This document shows, piece by piece, positions 31,030-41,709 of a stretch of DNA of 64,000 nucleotides; position 1 is the first letter of the stretch; each line of letters starts with the position of its first letter. Location of the stretch: positions 59,333 to 123,332 of the forward strand of contig JAJFJZ010000019.1 of assembly GCA_021773565.1 (NCBI GenBank), given 5' to 3'. Made by a program: the position numbers and the translations under genes. The DNA comes from Gammaproteobacteria bacterium (GTDB lineage: Bacteria > Pseudomonadota > Gammaproteobacteria > Pseudomonadales > Azotimanducaceae). The notes beneath the pieces are model-generated. The model saw nothing but the letters and a program-made list of their open reading frames with translations. It was not told where the DNA came from and searched no databases.

Positions 31030-31824
31030 TCAGATTTCTACATTGTGCAGCACAATAGGTAACTGTAAGGCGGGAAAATTATACTTCTTCGGATACTCCA
31101 CGTGCACCATATACAGGCCATGCGGGGGCGCAGTTGCCGCTGCGAGGGAGCGATTTTTGGCAGCGAGCAATTGTGCCATCCAATCTACCGGCTGGCGACC
31201 ACTGCCGATCTGGTGAAGCGAACCGGCAATATTGCGCACCATATGTAATAGAAAGGCATTTGCCGTTATGTCCAGCACCACACTCTCGCCAAACCTTTCA
31301 ACGCGAACCCGACTTACATTACGTCGAGCGGATCTGGACTGGCACCCGGCGGCCCTGAATCCGGAGAAGTCATGTTCACCAACAAGCGCCTGAACCGCTA
31401 ATTGCATCCGTTCCTGGTCAAGCACGTCTGCGGTTTGGCAAACCAGTGTACGGCCCAGTGCAAGGGGACGGTCCGAGTGATGCCAGACATAGAGGTAGCG
31501 TCGGGACAGCGCAGTAAAGCGGGCACTAAAACCTTCATCTACAGTACGGGCCCAGCGTATGGATATTGCTTCGGAAGTTAAACTGTTGGTTCCTCTGACC
31601 CATCCATCCAGTGGTCTGTTAGCAGAAGTGGCGAAGCTGATTACCTGTCCGCTGGCATGTACTCCGGCGTCTGTTCTACCGGCGGTTACCAGTTTTATTT
31701 TTTCATCCGCCACACTGCTGAGCGCATGCTCCAGGTCGGATTGTACGGTGGGTAATCCGGGCTGGGTCTGAAAACCATGGAAGGCATGGCCATCATATTC
31801 AACGCCCAACGCTAGATAAAACAT
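31030..31824 (-). CDS. truA: tRNA pseudouridine(38-40) synthase TruA
   Basis: YDGHAFHGFQ, and GRTDAGVHA with the catalytic Asp. Confidence 0.95.
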   Translation of the reverse strand: MFYLALGVEYDGHAFHGFQTQPGLPTVQSDLEHALSSVADEKIKLVTAGRTDAGVHASGQVISFATSANRPLDGWVRGTNSLTSEAISIRWARTVDEGFSARFTALSRRYLYVWHHSDRPLALGRTLVCQTADVLDQERMQLAVQALVGEHDFSGFRAAGCQSRSARRNVSRVRVERFGESVVLDITANAFLLHMVRNIAGSLHQIGSGRQPVDWMAQLLAAKNRSLAAATAPPHGLYMVHVEYPKKYNFPALQLPIVLHNVEI

Positions 31825-31836
31825 AGATAGCAGGTA

Positions 31837-34215
31837 CTACTTTAGCTGTGCCAATAGTTCGTTGGCTTGCGCTTGCTGTTCCTCGTTACCTTCACCAATA
31901 ACTTCCGCCAAAATCTCTCGCGCGCCGTCTTCGTCGCCCATGTCTATGTACGCACGGGCCAAATCCAGCTTGGTGCTGGAAGCATCTTCCCCGTCGAGAA
32001 AGTCAAAAGCTTCATCGCCGTCGGAATCAGGGTTCGAATCGACCAATGCGGTCTCTTCTGAATCACCCAGCTCCAGTTCATCGAGGTCGAATTCGTCGTC
32101 CTCCAGGGCTCGTATTTCAGTTGGTTGGTCACCGGGATCAAAATCCATCCCCAGATCGCCCCCCAGTTTTTCTGAATCCTGTTCGGGTTCCTGTTCAGAT
32201 TCCTCCCCGGAATCACCGGTATCTACAAGATCATCTACGAAGTCATCCTCATCGGAGAGCGCTTCATCATCCAGTTCCAAATCAAAATCTTCATCCAGTG
32301 AATTCTCAAACTCATCGCGCTGCGTACTGTCTACATCATCTGCGATAGCCTGTTCCGGTACAATTTCTGCATCACTGGATTCAGAGTATTGTCCTTCAGC
32401 GTTGAATTGTGCTGCAATTTCCCTGGCTTGTAGCAGGATATCTTCATCATCACTGTTATCTATCAGTACCTGCATATGATTATCAAACATGCCCTGATCT
32501 TCTGTCTCTGCGTAAATTTCAAGCAGTTTCAGTCGTACTTCGGCTCTTGACGGGTCTTTTTCTATGGCTGTATTCAACAGGGCCAATGCCTGGGGATATC
32601 GTCCGTAGGCAATATAGATATCCGCTTCACCCACGACATCACTGGTTTGTGCGCCTTCAAGACTCTCCGGTTCCAATGCATCTATCGCGTCACCCGGGTC
32701 TTCGTGCTCGCTTTCTTCAGCAGCTGCCTCCTCGTCCGACGCCTCACCACCGAATAGGAGCGGTTCAATTTGTGCGTCATCGTCTAACTCATCCAGACCT
32801 TCTTCAGGTATGAGTTCATAGGCCTCATTCACCTCACGACGGGCCCTTGCACTAACAAATATCAAACTTGCGGTAAGCAATAGAACGAGAAAACCCAGAA
32901 TCAGTACAAGAGGGGAGGTAAGCAGATCCATCAAGGAAGAATCCCTGCCACTTCCACCCGCGTTCGAAGTCTCGGATCGCGCCTGCTGCAATTGCGCCTG
33001 TAACTCTGCCAGCCGCTTGTCCTGTAATTCTATTTGCTGGGACTTAGCGTCATTTTGCTGGCTTGCCTGGGCTTCCAGCTCGGTTAATCTATCCAGCCGG
33101 TACTGTAACTCATCATTTTCCCGGCTAATGCGTTCAATTTCTTCCGCTGTTTCCACCGATGAGCGAGGTTGCGCATCCACATTATCCCCGGCAGAGGACG
33201 TAGCGCTGCTATCATCAGAACCGCTGACTATACGAAGCTGCCCATCCTGAGACGGCCTGTCAACAGCAGATTCTGCGGTACTGGACGTAGCATCCAATTG
33301 TGCTCCCAGCTCAGAAGTATCCTGAGCCGAAGCTGGTATTTCAGTTTCCGGGCTTAAATCTTCCGGCGCTGTGCCAGACCGGTAAACATCCCATTGCTTG
33401 TTATGCTCGGCTACTTCCTGGCTGGCTTGTTGCCCGTCAAGTTGCTGAATATCGGTCTCGGTTGGAAGATCCAGGCGATATCCCGCTTTTAACAAATTTA
33501 TGTTGCCACGAATGAAAGCGCGAGGATTCAACCTCTGAATAGCAAGCATAGTCTGCTGAATGCTCACTGAGTCAGAAGGACGGGCATCGCTCGCTATCTG
33601 CCATAAAGTATCGTTACGATTGGTAAGTTGCTCAAATCGTTCCGGGGATACTTGTTTGGGGATGGTTTGTGTCTGGGAGGGAGTGCTTCTTTGTGTGGTT
33701 TGACTGCTATTTTGTGTTGTATTGTTTGCGCTTGCTGAAGGCGAGCTCGGCTCGGAGCGTCCTCCCCCGCTGGGATCGGACCTTACCGGTGCTGTAACAG
33801 CAGATGCCTGATTATCACTGAATGTTGGCGGATCCAGAAGTACTGTAAATTCTTTTAGTAATCGCCCATTCGGCCACCTTACTTCCACCAGAAAGTTAAG
33901 ATAAGGCTCCGAAACCGGTTGGGGTGTACTCAGTGCGATTACTAACGAACCGTCATTGGCAATAGTAACGGCAAAGCGGATATTAGTGAGATAAAAAAAA
34001 CGCTCGACGCCCACCCTTTTGAAATCATCCGGGTTTGCGAGACTTACGAGAACCTCATAATCAGCCAAGCCACCAGAGCCTGTAACCGGTATGGTGGCAC
34101 TAAAATTTTGATTCAGAGCAGAATCCAGTTCAATTTCGCCCAGGCCAAGTGCAAAACTTTTGCCAGTAACGAAAACAGCCAGAGCATAAGCCAGGAATGT
34201 TAGTCTGCGACCCAT
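31837..34215 (-). CDS. fimV: FimV/HubP-family polar landmark (type IV pilus assembly) protein
   Basis: Signal peptide plus the conserved LGLGEIELDSALNQ start, a LysM-like segment (TLWQIASD...LKAGYRLDLP), one TM (LVLILGFLVLLLTASLIF), an extremely acidic cytoplasmic half, and the conserved FimV C-terminal motif DLARAYIDMGDEDGAREIL. ATG 34215 has an AAGGA RBS; the track ORF starts at TTG 34248. Confidence 0.9.
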   Translation of the reverse strand: MGRRLTFLAYALAVFVTGKSFALGLGEIELDSALNQNFSATIPVTGSGGLADYEVLVSLANPDDFKRVGVERFFYLTNIRFAVTIANDGSLVIALSTPQPVSEPYLNFLVEVRWPNGRLLKEFTVLLDPPTFSDNQASAVTAPVRSDPSGGGRSEPSSPSASANNTTQNSSQTTQRSTPSQTQTIPKQVSPERFEQLTNRNDTLWQIASDARPSDSVSIQQTMLAIQRLNPRAFIRGNINLLKAGYRLDLPTETDIQQLDGQQASQEVAEHNKQWDVYRSGTAPEDLSPETEIPASAQDTSELGAQLDATSSTAESAVDRPSQDGQLRIVSGSDDSSATSSAGDNVDAQPRSSVETAEEIERISRENDELQYRLDRLTELEAQASQQNDAKSQQIELQDKRLAELQAQLQQARSETSNAGGSGRDSSLMDLLTSPLVLILGFLVLLLTASLIFVSARARREVNEAYELIPEEGLDELDDDAQIEPLLFGGEASDEEAAAEESEHEDPGDAIDALEPESLEGAQTSDVVGEADIYIAYGRYPQALALLNTAIEKDPSRAEVRLKLLEIYAETEDQGMFDNHMQVLIDNSDDEDILLQAREIAAQFNAEGQYSESSDAEIVPEQAIADDVDSTQRDEFENSLDEDFDLELDDEALSDEDDFVDDLVDTGDSGEESEQEPEQDSEKLGGDLGMDFDPGDQPTEIRALEDDEFDLDELELGDSEETALVDSNPDSDGDEAFDFLDGEDASSTKLDLARAYIDMGDEDGAREILAEVIGEGNEEQQAQANELLAQLK

Positions 34216-34414
34216 AAAACCTATCCTTTGATCCAAAGTGTCGCTCAATACGATCTCGCTTGAGCACCATCATGCCGGACATTCACTACGAAGGCCGATA
34301 GTAATCTTACCACCCTTCAATTCACAGCCCAATGCACCAAACAGGCGCACTCATATCCAGTGCCGTAAAGATAATCCAGATTTAGTCCAGAAAGGGTGCC
34401 CTAAGTATCAAATA

Positions 34415-35428
34415 CTAAAGTTCTTTTAGCAAGAGTTCCGCTATTTGCACGCTGTTCAAAGCCGCGCCCTTGCGCACATTATCCGATACTATCCACATAT
34501 TCAGACCGAGATGCAGTGACAGATCTTCCCTGATTCGTCCCACGTGAACCATGTCACTGCCTACGCTATCAATTGCAGGAGTCGGGTAAGATTGTGCCCT
34601 GGCATCGTCAACTACATTCACACCAGGACTCTGCATTAAGAGCCTGCGTGCCATATCGGCGGTAATTTTTGCCTCAGTTTCGATATTTACCGCCTCGCTA
34701 TGGCCATAAAATACTGGTACTCGAACGCATGTCGGGTTTACCAGCAAATTATCATCTGCGAATATCTTCCGGGTTTCCCAAATCATTTTCATTTCTTCTC
34801 TGGTGTACCCATTGTCCTGAAACTCATCGATCTGGGGGATAACGTTAAATGCAATGCGCGTGGGATGTACCTCTACTTCGGGCTCAACACCATTGAGTAA
34901 TGCAGCCGTCTGGCTCGCAAGTTCCTGAATACCCCTGGTTCCCGCACCTGAAACCGCCTGGTATGTGGCAACATTTATCCTGGATATGCCAACTGCGTCA
35001 TAGATTGGTTTTAATGCAACCAGCATCTGTATGGTTGAGCAGTTTGGATTAGCAATTATGCCGCGGTTTCTAAAACGGGAAATCTCATGCGCGTTTACCT
35101 CGGGTACGACCAGCGGAATATCGTCGTCATACCTGAAATGGGAAGTATTATCGATGACAATTGCACCCTGCTCCCAGGCTTTTGGCGCAAATTCAGCGGA
35201 AATACTCCCCCCGGCTGAAAACAATGCAATTTGAACCCTGGAAAAGTCAAAATTATCCAAACGCTCAACCCGAATGTGTTTGCCACCGAATGCAATACGC
35301 TTGCCCTCGGATTTCTCGCTTGCCAAAGCATAAACTTCGTCGGCAGGAAATTCTCGAGCAGCAAGAATTTCGAGCATGGCCTCTCCGACCGCGCCAGTAG
35401 CTCCGACCACAGCAATACTTAACGACAC
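34415..35428 (-). CDS. asd: aspartate-semialdehyde dehydrogenase, USG-1-like (337-aa) type
   Basis: NAD(P) motif VVGATGAVG, and active-site NPNCSTI. It has the same length as E. coli Usg and, like usg, lies upstream of truA (here with fimV in between). Confidence 0.85.
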   Translation of the reverse strand: MSLSIAVVGATGAVGEAMLEILAAREFPADEVYALASEKSEGKRIAFGGKHIRVERLDNFDFSRVQIALFSAGGSISAEFAPKAWEQGAIVIDNTSHFRYDDDIPLVVPEVNAHEISRFRNRGIIANPNCSTIQMLVALKPIYDAVGISRINVATYQAVSGAGTRGIQELASQTAALLNGVEPEVEVHPTRIAFNVIPQIDEFQDNGYTREEMKMIWETRKIFADDNLLVNPTCVRVPVFYGHSEAVNIETEAKITADMARRLLMQSPGVNVVDDARAQSYPTPAIDSVGSDMVHVGRIREDLSLHLGLNMWIVSDNVRKGAALNSVQIAELLLKEL

Positions 35429-35438
35429 TGTTTTTCTC

Positions 35439-36551
35439 CTATCTTAAGCCAGATTGAAATATATTAGACATATTTTTCAATACGTTATCGGCCATAGTTA
35501 ATGTGTTAACTTTAGTTGTGCCGGGCGTATAAATGTCCGCCGTTCGCAAACCATCATCGAGCGTCGCCTGTACCGCCTGCTCTATGAGATCAGCTGCGGC
35601 GGGCTGTTCCAGAGAATAGCGGAACATCATTGCCGCAGATAAAATAGTTGCCAGTGGATTAGCCAGATTCTTACCGGCAATATCCGGTGCGGACCCGTGT
35701 ACAGGCTCATACATACCCTTATTATTCGCATCCAGCGAGGCCGAAGGCAGCATGCCCAAAGAGCCTGTGAGCATTGCAGCCACATCCGACAGGATGTCCC
35801 CAAACATATTGCCAGTGACGATAACATCGAATTGTTTAGGGCTTCTCACCAACTGCATTCCAGCATTGTCTACATACATGTGCTCCAGCTCCACGTCGGG
35901 ATATTCCGCGTGCGTTTCTGTCACCACGTCCCGCCATAACTGGGTTACTTCCAGCACGTTGGCCTTATCCACGCTGCATAACCTGCCCCTTCGTTTGCGC
36001 GCCATGTCGAATGCAACTCGCGCGATGCGTGATATTTCGTGCTCGTTATATACATACGTATTAATGCCTTCGCGCACTCCCTGGTTTACCTTCACTCCTC
36101 TGGGTTGACCGAAATAAATACCACCTGTGAGCTCACGAATAATCAGAAGATCGAGGCCGGAAACGAGGTCCAGCTTAAGTGAAGAGCTCCGGGCCAGCGC
36201 CGGGAAAGTCATTGCAGGACGCAGATTGGCAAACAGGGACAACCCGGACCGCAAACCTAACAAGCCGCGTTCCGGTCTTTGCTGCATTGGAAGGGATTCC
36301 CATTGCGGTCCTCCAACCGCGCCAAGTAACACCGCATCTGCGACCTTTGCAAGCTCAAGGGTTGCGGTGGGTAATGGTTCTCCATATTCATCGATGGCAC
36401 AGCCACCTACCAGGGCTTCTGAATACTCAATATCAAGGTCATAAAATTCTGTTGCTGCCCGTATTATCCTTACAGCCTGCGGAAGCACCTCGACTCCAAT
36501 TCCATCGCCGGGTAACAACAGTATTTGGTAGTTACTTTTTTCTTTGTTCAT
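35439..36551 (-). CDS. leuB: 3-isopropylmalate dehydrogenase
   Basis: [11 protein letters not shown], and NLFGDILSD-like [16 protein letters not shown] 36551 has a GGAGA RBS 6 nt upstream; the track ORF starts at GTG 36566. Confidence 0.95.
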   Translation of the reverse strand: MNKEKSNYQILLLPGDGIGVEVLPQAVRIIRAATEFYDLDIEYSEALVGGCAIDEYGEPLPTATLELAKVADAVLLGAVGGPQWESLPMQQRPERGLLGLRSGLSLFANLRPAMTFPALARSSSLKLDLVSGLDLLIIRELTGGIYFGQPRGVKVNQGVREGINTYVYNEHEISRIARVAFDMARKRRGRLCSVDKANVLEVTQLWRDVVTETHAEYPDVELEHMYVDNAGMQLVRSPKQFDVIVTGNMFGDILSDVAAMLTGSLGMLPSASLDANNKGMYEPVHGSAPDIAGKNLANPLATILSAAMMFRYSLEQPAAADLIEQAVQATLDDGLRTADIYTPGTTKVNTLTMADNVLKNMSNIFQSGLR

Positions 36552-36608
36552 TGATTTTCTCCGCACAGGTTTTGCTTTGAGCGCACAGGTTTCGGCTTCC
36601 CGGTTGCG

Positions 36609-37259
36609 TCATGAATGGTCGGTAAACAACCACGGCTGTGCTTTTGTGTGCTGTTCTTCAAATGCCTTGATATCAGCCTGTCTCAGGAGGGTTTTACCGA
36701 TCTCATCGAGGCCTGAAAGTAAACTGGCTTTGCGCTCAGGTGCTATCTCAAAGGTTAATGCTGTTCCGTCAGGTTTTGTTACGCGCTGTTCCTGGAGATC
36801 TACTTCCAAACAGTAGGAGTCAGCTGAGGCAGCTATTTCCTCAAACAAACTACTAACAATATTTTCTTTTAAAGCAATAGGTAACAACCCGTTTTTAAAA
36901 CAATTATTATAAAATATATCAGCGAAGGCGGGCGCAATTACACACGTGAAACCATATTCCTGCAGAGCCCACACTGCATGTTCCCGGCTGGAACCACATC
37001 CAAAATTGGTTCTGGCCAGTAAGATGCTGGCTCCCTGATATTGCGACTGGTTTAATACAAAATCGTGATTTATACGACGCTCATTGGGAGATTTGTTCAT
37101 GAGCCCTTCGTCCAGGTATCGCCATGCATCAAACAGGTTATCCCCAAAACCAGTGCGTTTGATAGATTTCAAAAACTGTTTGGGTATGATCTGGTCAGTA
37201 TCCACATTTGCGCGGTCCATTGGCGCTATCAATCCGGTAAATTTTTCAAAAGCCTTCAT
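36609..37259 (-). CDS. leuD: 3-isopropylmalate dehydratase small subunit
   Basis: LeuD pattern ([25 protein letters not shown]). It overlaps leuC by 4 nt. Confidence 0.95.
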   Translation of the reverse strand: MKAFEKFTGLIAPMDRANVDTDQIIPKQFLKSIKRTGFGDNLFDAWRYLDEGLMNKSPNERRINHDFVLNQSQYQGASILLARTNFGCGSSREHAVWALQEYGFTCVIAPAFADIFYNNCFKNGLLPIALKENIVSSLFEEIAASADSYCLEVDLQEQRVTKPDGTALTFEIAPERKASLLSGLDEIGKTLLRQADIKAFEEQHTKAQPWLFTDHS

Positions 37260-38674
37260 AAATAGTCCCGCGGGTCAGTAATTTTACCTCTGATTGCCGA
37301 AGCGGCTGACATCGCTGGACTCATAAGGTGAGTACGCCCCAAATATCCTTGTCGGCCTTCAAAGTTTCTATTGGATGTGCTGGCACATCGTTCGCCGGGC
37401 TCCAGGCGATCATCGTTCATCGCCAGACACATGGAACACCCGGGATCGCGCCATTCAAACCCGGCGGCCTTGAATATTTTGTGCAGGCCCTCTTCCTCTG
37501 CCTGCTTTTTAACCAAACCTGAACCGGGCACTACAAGTGCCTGTTTTATTCGTGAAGCTACCCGGTGCCCCCGAATCACCTCTGCTGCGATTCTGATATC
37601 TTCAATTCGTGCATTAGTACACGATCCTATAAAGATGCGATCAAGCGCTACATCTGTGATCGCATCGCCAGCTTCCAATCCCATGTAGGCCAGAGAATGA
37701 GTAGCAAGTTCCTGCTTGTCAGATGACTCGAATGAATGCGGCGCGGGAATTTTTTCTGAAACCCCAAGCACCAGTTCTGGAGAGGTTCCCCAACTTACCT
37801 GGGGTTCCAGTCTGGCTGCATCTATCGTCATATCAATATCAAAGAACGCATTTTCATCACTCACGAGCTCACGCCAGTTAGCTTCTGCCAAACTCCACAA
37901 CGCGCCTTTGGGTGAATACGGCCTGTTTCTGACAAATTGAAGGGTTGTCTCATCAACAGCTATAAGGCCCGCCCTGGCACCGGCTTCAATAGCCATATTG
38001 CACACAGTCATGCGTGCCTCCATAGACAATGCCTCGATAGCGCTACCGCAAAACTCAATGGTGCATCCCGTGCCTCCAGCGGTACCGGTTTTTCGAATGA
38101 TGGACAGTATCAAATCCTTGGCATAGACGCCGCTGGCAAGCACCCCATCCAGGCGAATTCGCATATTTTTGCTTTTTGACTGAACCAGGCATTGGGTCGC
38201 GAGCACGTGTTCTACCTCGGAAGTACCAATACCCTGGGCCAGGGCCCCAAAAGCACCATGGGTAGAGGTGTGTGAGTCGCCACACACTATCGTCATTCCT
38301 GGCAGCGTCAGACCCTGTTCCGGACCTACTACGTGCACAATTCCCTGGCGTATATCATTAATATCAAACTGTTCTATGCCCAAATCCCTGCAATTATCAT
38401 CCAGCGTCACTACCTGTAGTCTTGATATTGGGTCCTGAATGCCCTCCAGACCACGCCGTCGTCCTACAGTCGGCACATTGTGGTCGGGGGTGGCAATATT
38501 GGATCCCAGACGCCATGGCACTCTTCCCGCGAGTCGTAGTCCTTCAAAGGCCTGTGGTGAGGTAACTTCATGCAGGAGGTGTCGATCTATATACAGCAGG
38601 GAGTCTGTCCCGTCGGCTCCGCCAACCGTGTGCGCATCCCAGATTTTGTCGTATAGCGTTCTGTTGGAAGACAT
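37256..38674 (-). CDS. leuC: 3-isopropylmalate dehydratase large subunit
   Basis: Aconitase-family Fe-S motifs ([27 protein letters not shown]). 472 aa. Confidence 0.95.
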   Translation of the reverse strand: MSSNRTLYDKIWDAHTVGGADGTDSLLYIDRHLLHEVTSPQAFEGLRLAGRVPWRLGSNIATPDHNVPTVGRRRGLEGIQDPISRLQVVTLDDNCRDLGIEQFDINDIRQGIVHVVGPEQGLTLPGMTIVCGDSHTSTHGAFGALAQGIGTSEVEHVLATQCLVQSKSKNMRIRLDGVLASGVYAKDLILSIIRKTGTAGGTGCTIEFCGSAIEALSMEARMTVCNMAIEAGARAGLIAVDETTLQFVRNRPYSPKGALWSLAEANWRELVSDENAFFDIDMTIDAARLEPQVSWGTSPELVLGVSEKIPAPHSFESSDKQELATHSLAYMGLEAGDAITDVALDRIFIGSCTNARIEDIRIAAEVIRGHRVASRIKQALVVPGSGLVKKQAEEEGLHKIFKAAGFEWRDPGCSMCLAMNDDRLEPGERCASTSNRNFEGRQGYLGRTHLMSPAMSAASAIRGKITDPRDYL

Positions 38675-38816
38675 CGATATTTACACTTGCTGGAAAGAAG
38701 TCGTCCAGTTTAAGATTCACAGTGTCATAAGACAAATTCATTATAATTATAATTTTAATTACTAACTGGAATACTAGTTGGTAGATATAGCTGGAATAGA
38801 TAGCGGGTACTGCAAA

Positions 38817-39701
38817 ATGATGAACTGGAATGAGTTACGGGCATTTATTCAGGTAGCCGATAAGGGCTCTTTCTCACGAGCAGCGGATACCTTGCACCTG
38901 ACACAGCCCGCGGTGAGTAAACGCATCGCCGCGCTGGAAGCCGATCTGGGTATTCAACTCTTTGATCGTATTGGCCGGCGGGTATACATGACCGAGGCAG
39001 GAAGCATTCTCTACCCTCGCGCTCAAAGTATGTTGCAGGACCAATCTGACGCCAGAAAAATGTTGGAAAACCTGCACACCCGCATAGATGGCCGCTTGCG
39101 TATGGCAACCAGCCACCACATTGGTCTACACCGGCTTGCGCCTGTGTTGAAGGATTTTTCTCAACAGTTTCCGCGGGTCCAAATGGACATTCGATTTGTA
39201 GACTCTGAAGCTGCGCAAAGCATGGTTCTGGAAGGTAGCAGTGAGTTGGCCGTCGTTACATTTGATCCTGAACAACACGAGCAACTTAACTACCAGGCAA
39301 TCTGGAATGATCCCTTGTCCTTTGTGTGTGCCCCGGAGATGTCCGCCCTCAGAGCCGGTACCAATTCCCTCGATGCGCTCACCGCCGTACCCTGTATTCT
39401 GCCAGGTCCTGACACCTTTACCGGACAGATTGTTACACGGTTATTTGAGAATGCCGGACTTGTCTTACAACCCACCATGCGAACCAACTATCTGGAGACC
39501 ATCGCAATGCTTGTATCCATCGGACAGGGTTGGAGTGTTTTACCAACGAGCATGCTGAACGATCTGGTACGGCAATTCGAGGTTAACTGCCTTCCGTTGT
39601 CACGGATACTGGGCGGTATTACGCACCCTGAACGCACCCTTTCTAACGCAGGAACTGCTTTTATGAAGATACTGGAACATCATTCAGACCATTCAAATTA
39701 G
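38817..39701 (+). CDS. LysR-family transcriptional regulator, divergent from leuC
   Basis: N-terminal w[38 protein letters not shown], plus a LysR substrate-binding domain. The start is taken at ATG 38817; the track ORF begins at TTG 38778. Confidence 0.85.
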   Translation: MMNWNELRAFIQVADKGSFSRAADTLHLTQPAVSKRIAALEADLGIQLFDRIGRRVYMTEAGSILYPRAQSMLQDQSDARKMLENLHTRIDGRLRMATSHHIGLHRLAPVLKDFSQQFPRVQMDIRFVDSEAAQSMVLEGSSELAVVTFDPEQHEQLNYQAIWNDPLSFVCAPEMSALRAGTNSLDALTAVPCILPGPDTFTGQIVTRLFENAGLVLQPTMRTNYLETIAMLVSIGQGWSVLPTSMLNDLVRQFEVNCLPLSRILGGITHPERTLSNAGTAFMKILEHHSDHSN

Positions 39702-40768
39702 CCGATATGATCTGCGTTCTGTGCTCTGTGCCTCAGGTATTGGTCCATTAATACCAGCGCAACCATAGCCTCAACTATAGCAACAGCCCGTATGCCAACA
39801 CAGGGATCATGGCGGCCCTTTGTTACAACCTCCACTTCTTCACCACGCGTATTTATTGACCGGCCAGGTGTAGTAAGGCTGGATGTTGGTTTCAGGGCAA
39901 TGCTTGCCGCAATATCCTGTCCCGAGCTTATTCCGCCCAGAATTCCTCCAGCGTTGTTGCTTAAAAATCCCGCTCGGGAAATTTCGTCCCGATGTTCTGT
40001 GCCATGTTGTTCCACACTCGAAAACCCTGCCCCAATTTCCACGCCTTTCACAGCGTTGATGCCCATAAGCGCACCGGCCAGTTCAGCATCCAGTTTTGCA
40101 AACACCGGCTCGCCCAGACCAACAGGCACCGCCTCGGCAACTACATTAATACGGGCTCCAATCGAGTCTCCCTTGCGCCTGAGCGAATCTATAAATGCTG
40201 CAATCTCGTCCACTTTAGTATCGTCAGGACAAAAGAAAGGATTGAGAGGAATCTGTGACCAGTCCAGCTTGCCAATGCTAATATTTCCAATCTGAGCCAG
40301 ATAGGCTCTTATTACGGTACCAAATTTCTGATTTAGATACTTACGCGCGATTGCCCCGGCAGCAACGCGCATGACGGTTTCCCGGGCGGATGCTCTCCCG
40401 CCGCCACGATAATCGCGAATGCCATATTTTTTTTGGTACGTAAAATCCGCATGCGCCGGTCGTAAGGTGTCCTTTATGTCGGAATAGTCTCGTGATCTCT
40501 GATCCGTGTTGTAGACCAGTAGTCCGATAGGAGTACCCGTAGTTTTTCCTTCAAAAACGCCGGACAGAATCTTCACTTCATCTGCTTCACGCCGTTGCGT
40601 GGTATATTTCGACTGGCCTGGTTTACGCCTGTCCAGATCGAGTTGAATTTCTGCAGCGCTGATTTCCAGCCCGGGGGGGCAGCCGTCTACGATACAACCA
40701 AGCGCCTCACCATGACTCTCACCAAAGGAGGTAACTCTGAAAAGCTGACCAAAACTGTTACCTGCCAT
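39698..40768 (-). CDS. aroC: chorismate synthase
   Basis: [21 protein letters not shown]-terminus and GRHDPCV motif. The true start is ATG 40768 (356 aa); the track ORF is extended upstream to 40891. Confidence 0.95.
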   Translation of the reverse strand: MAGNSFGQLFRVTSFGESHGEALGCIVDGCPPGLEISAAEIQLDLDRRKPGQSKYTTQRREADEVKILSGVFEGKTTGTPIGLLVYNTDQRSRDYSDIKDTLRPAHADFTYQKKYGIRDYRGGGRASARETVMRVAAGAIARKYLNQKFGTVIRAYLAQIGNISIGKLDWSQIPLNPFFCPDDTKVDEIAAFIDSLRRKGDSIGARINVVAEAVPVGLGEPVFAKLDAELAGALMGINAVKGVEIGAGFSSVEQHGTEHRDEISRAGFLSNNAGGILGGISSGQDIAASIALKPTSSLTTPGRSINTRGEEVEVVTKGRHDPCVGIRAVAIVEAMVALVLMDQYLRHRAQNADHIG

Positions 40769-40796
40769 TTTTATCCTGTGCCAGGGTACCGGTGTA

Positions 40797-41708
40797 TCAA
40801 CTGGCACCCGCTGAAATGCCGGAGGTAGATAATGCACCAGCTTCCAGAAGAAAAACACCGTTACCACCATCTTGAAGATCTGGCCACACAAAAGCCACGG
40901 ATGTTAACTGGTCTGATAAGGCCAGTGCACTATTGCCAACTTCGCCAACTAAAATGCCGTTGGGTGAAAGCCAGTTTTTGGCATCCTGCAGGATGCGTTT
41001 CACCACATCAAGCCCGTCTGTTCCGGCGTACAATCCATGTTTAGGCTCGTGCGCATATTCCAGTGGCATACTTTCAAAATCTGATGTATCCACATACGGT
41101 GGATTGGTAACAATCAGATCGAATATTCCCGGTTCCAGCGCCTCGAATAAATCGGACTGCTGTACGGTGACTCGCTGGGAAAGTTGATGCAACTCTATGT
41201 TTTTTTGCGCAAGCTCAACGGCCTTTGAGTCGATATCAAGCAAAACGACCTGCGCATCTGGAAACGCCAGCGCACAGGAAATACCGATACAACCTGAACC
41301 GGTACATAAATCGAGAATGCGCCCTGGAGCTTGTATTAACCAGGGCGCAAATTCAGACCTTATTAATTCTCCAATCGGGGAGCGCGGTATAACGATACCA
41401 GGCTCTATGAGGTAGCGATCGCCATTGAACCACGCCTCACCTACCAGATAGGCTACAGGGATATGTTGCGTGATACGCTGTTCTATTAATTGCGCAAGGG
41501 CAGCTCTTTCGGAGGCGAGCAATTTCGCTTCAAGAACATTTTCCGACTGCTCGTAGGGCAAACGCAAATAACCAAACACCAGAGCGACAGCTTCGTCCCA
41601 GGCATTGTCATTCCCATGCCCGAAAAAAATATCTGCGTTGTAAAACTGCGTATTTGCCCAGCGGATATAATCGATAATGCTTGTCAGTTCATCGGCCGGA
41701 TGCGCCAT
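40797..41708 (-). CDS. prmB: 50S ribosomal protein L3 N5-glutamine methyltransferase PrmB
   Basis: HemK/PrmB family with SAM motif [11 protein letters not shown] and catalytic NPPY. It is adjacent to aroC, as in E. coli. Confidence 0.88.
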   Translation of the reverse strand: MAHPADELTSIIDYIRWANTQFYNADIFFGHGNDNAWDEAVALVFGYLRLPYEQSENVLEAKLLASERAALAQLIEQRITQHIPVAYLVGEAWFNGDRYLIEPGIVIPRSPIGELIRSEFAPWLIQAPGRILDLCTGSGCIGISCALAFPDAQVVLLDIDSKAVELAQKNIELHQLSQRVTVQQSDLFEALEPGIFDLIVTNPPYVDTSDFESMPLEYAHEPKHGLYAGTDGLDVVKRILQDAKNWLSPNGILVGEVGNSALALSDQLTSVAFVWPDLQDGGNGVFLLEAGALSTSGISAGAS

Positions 41709-41709
41709 C

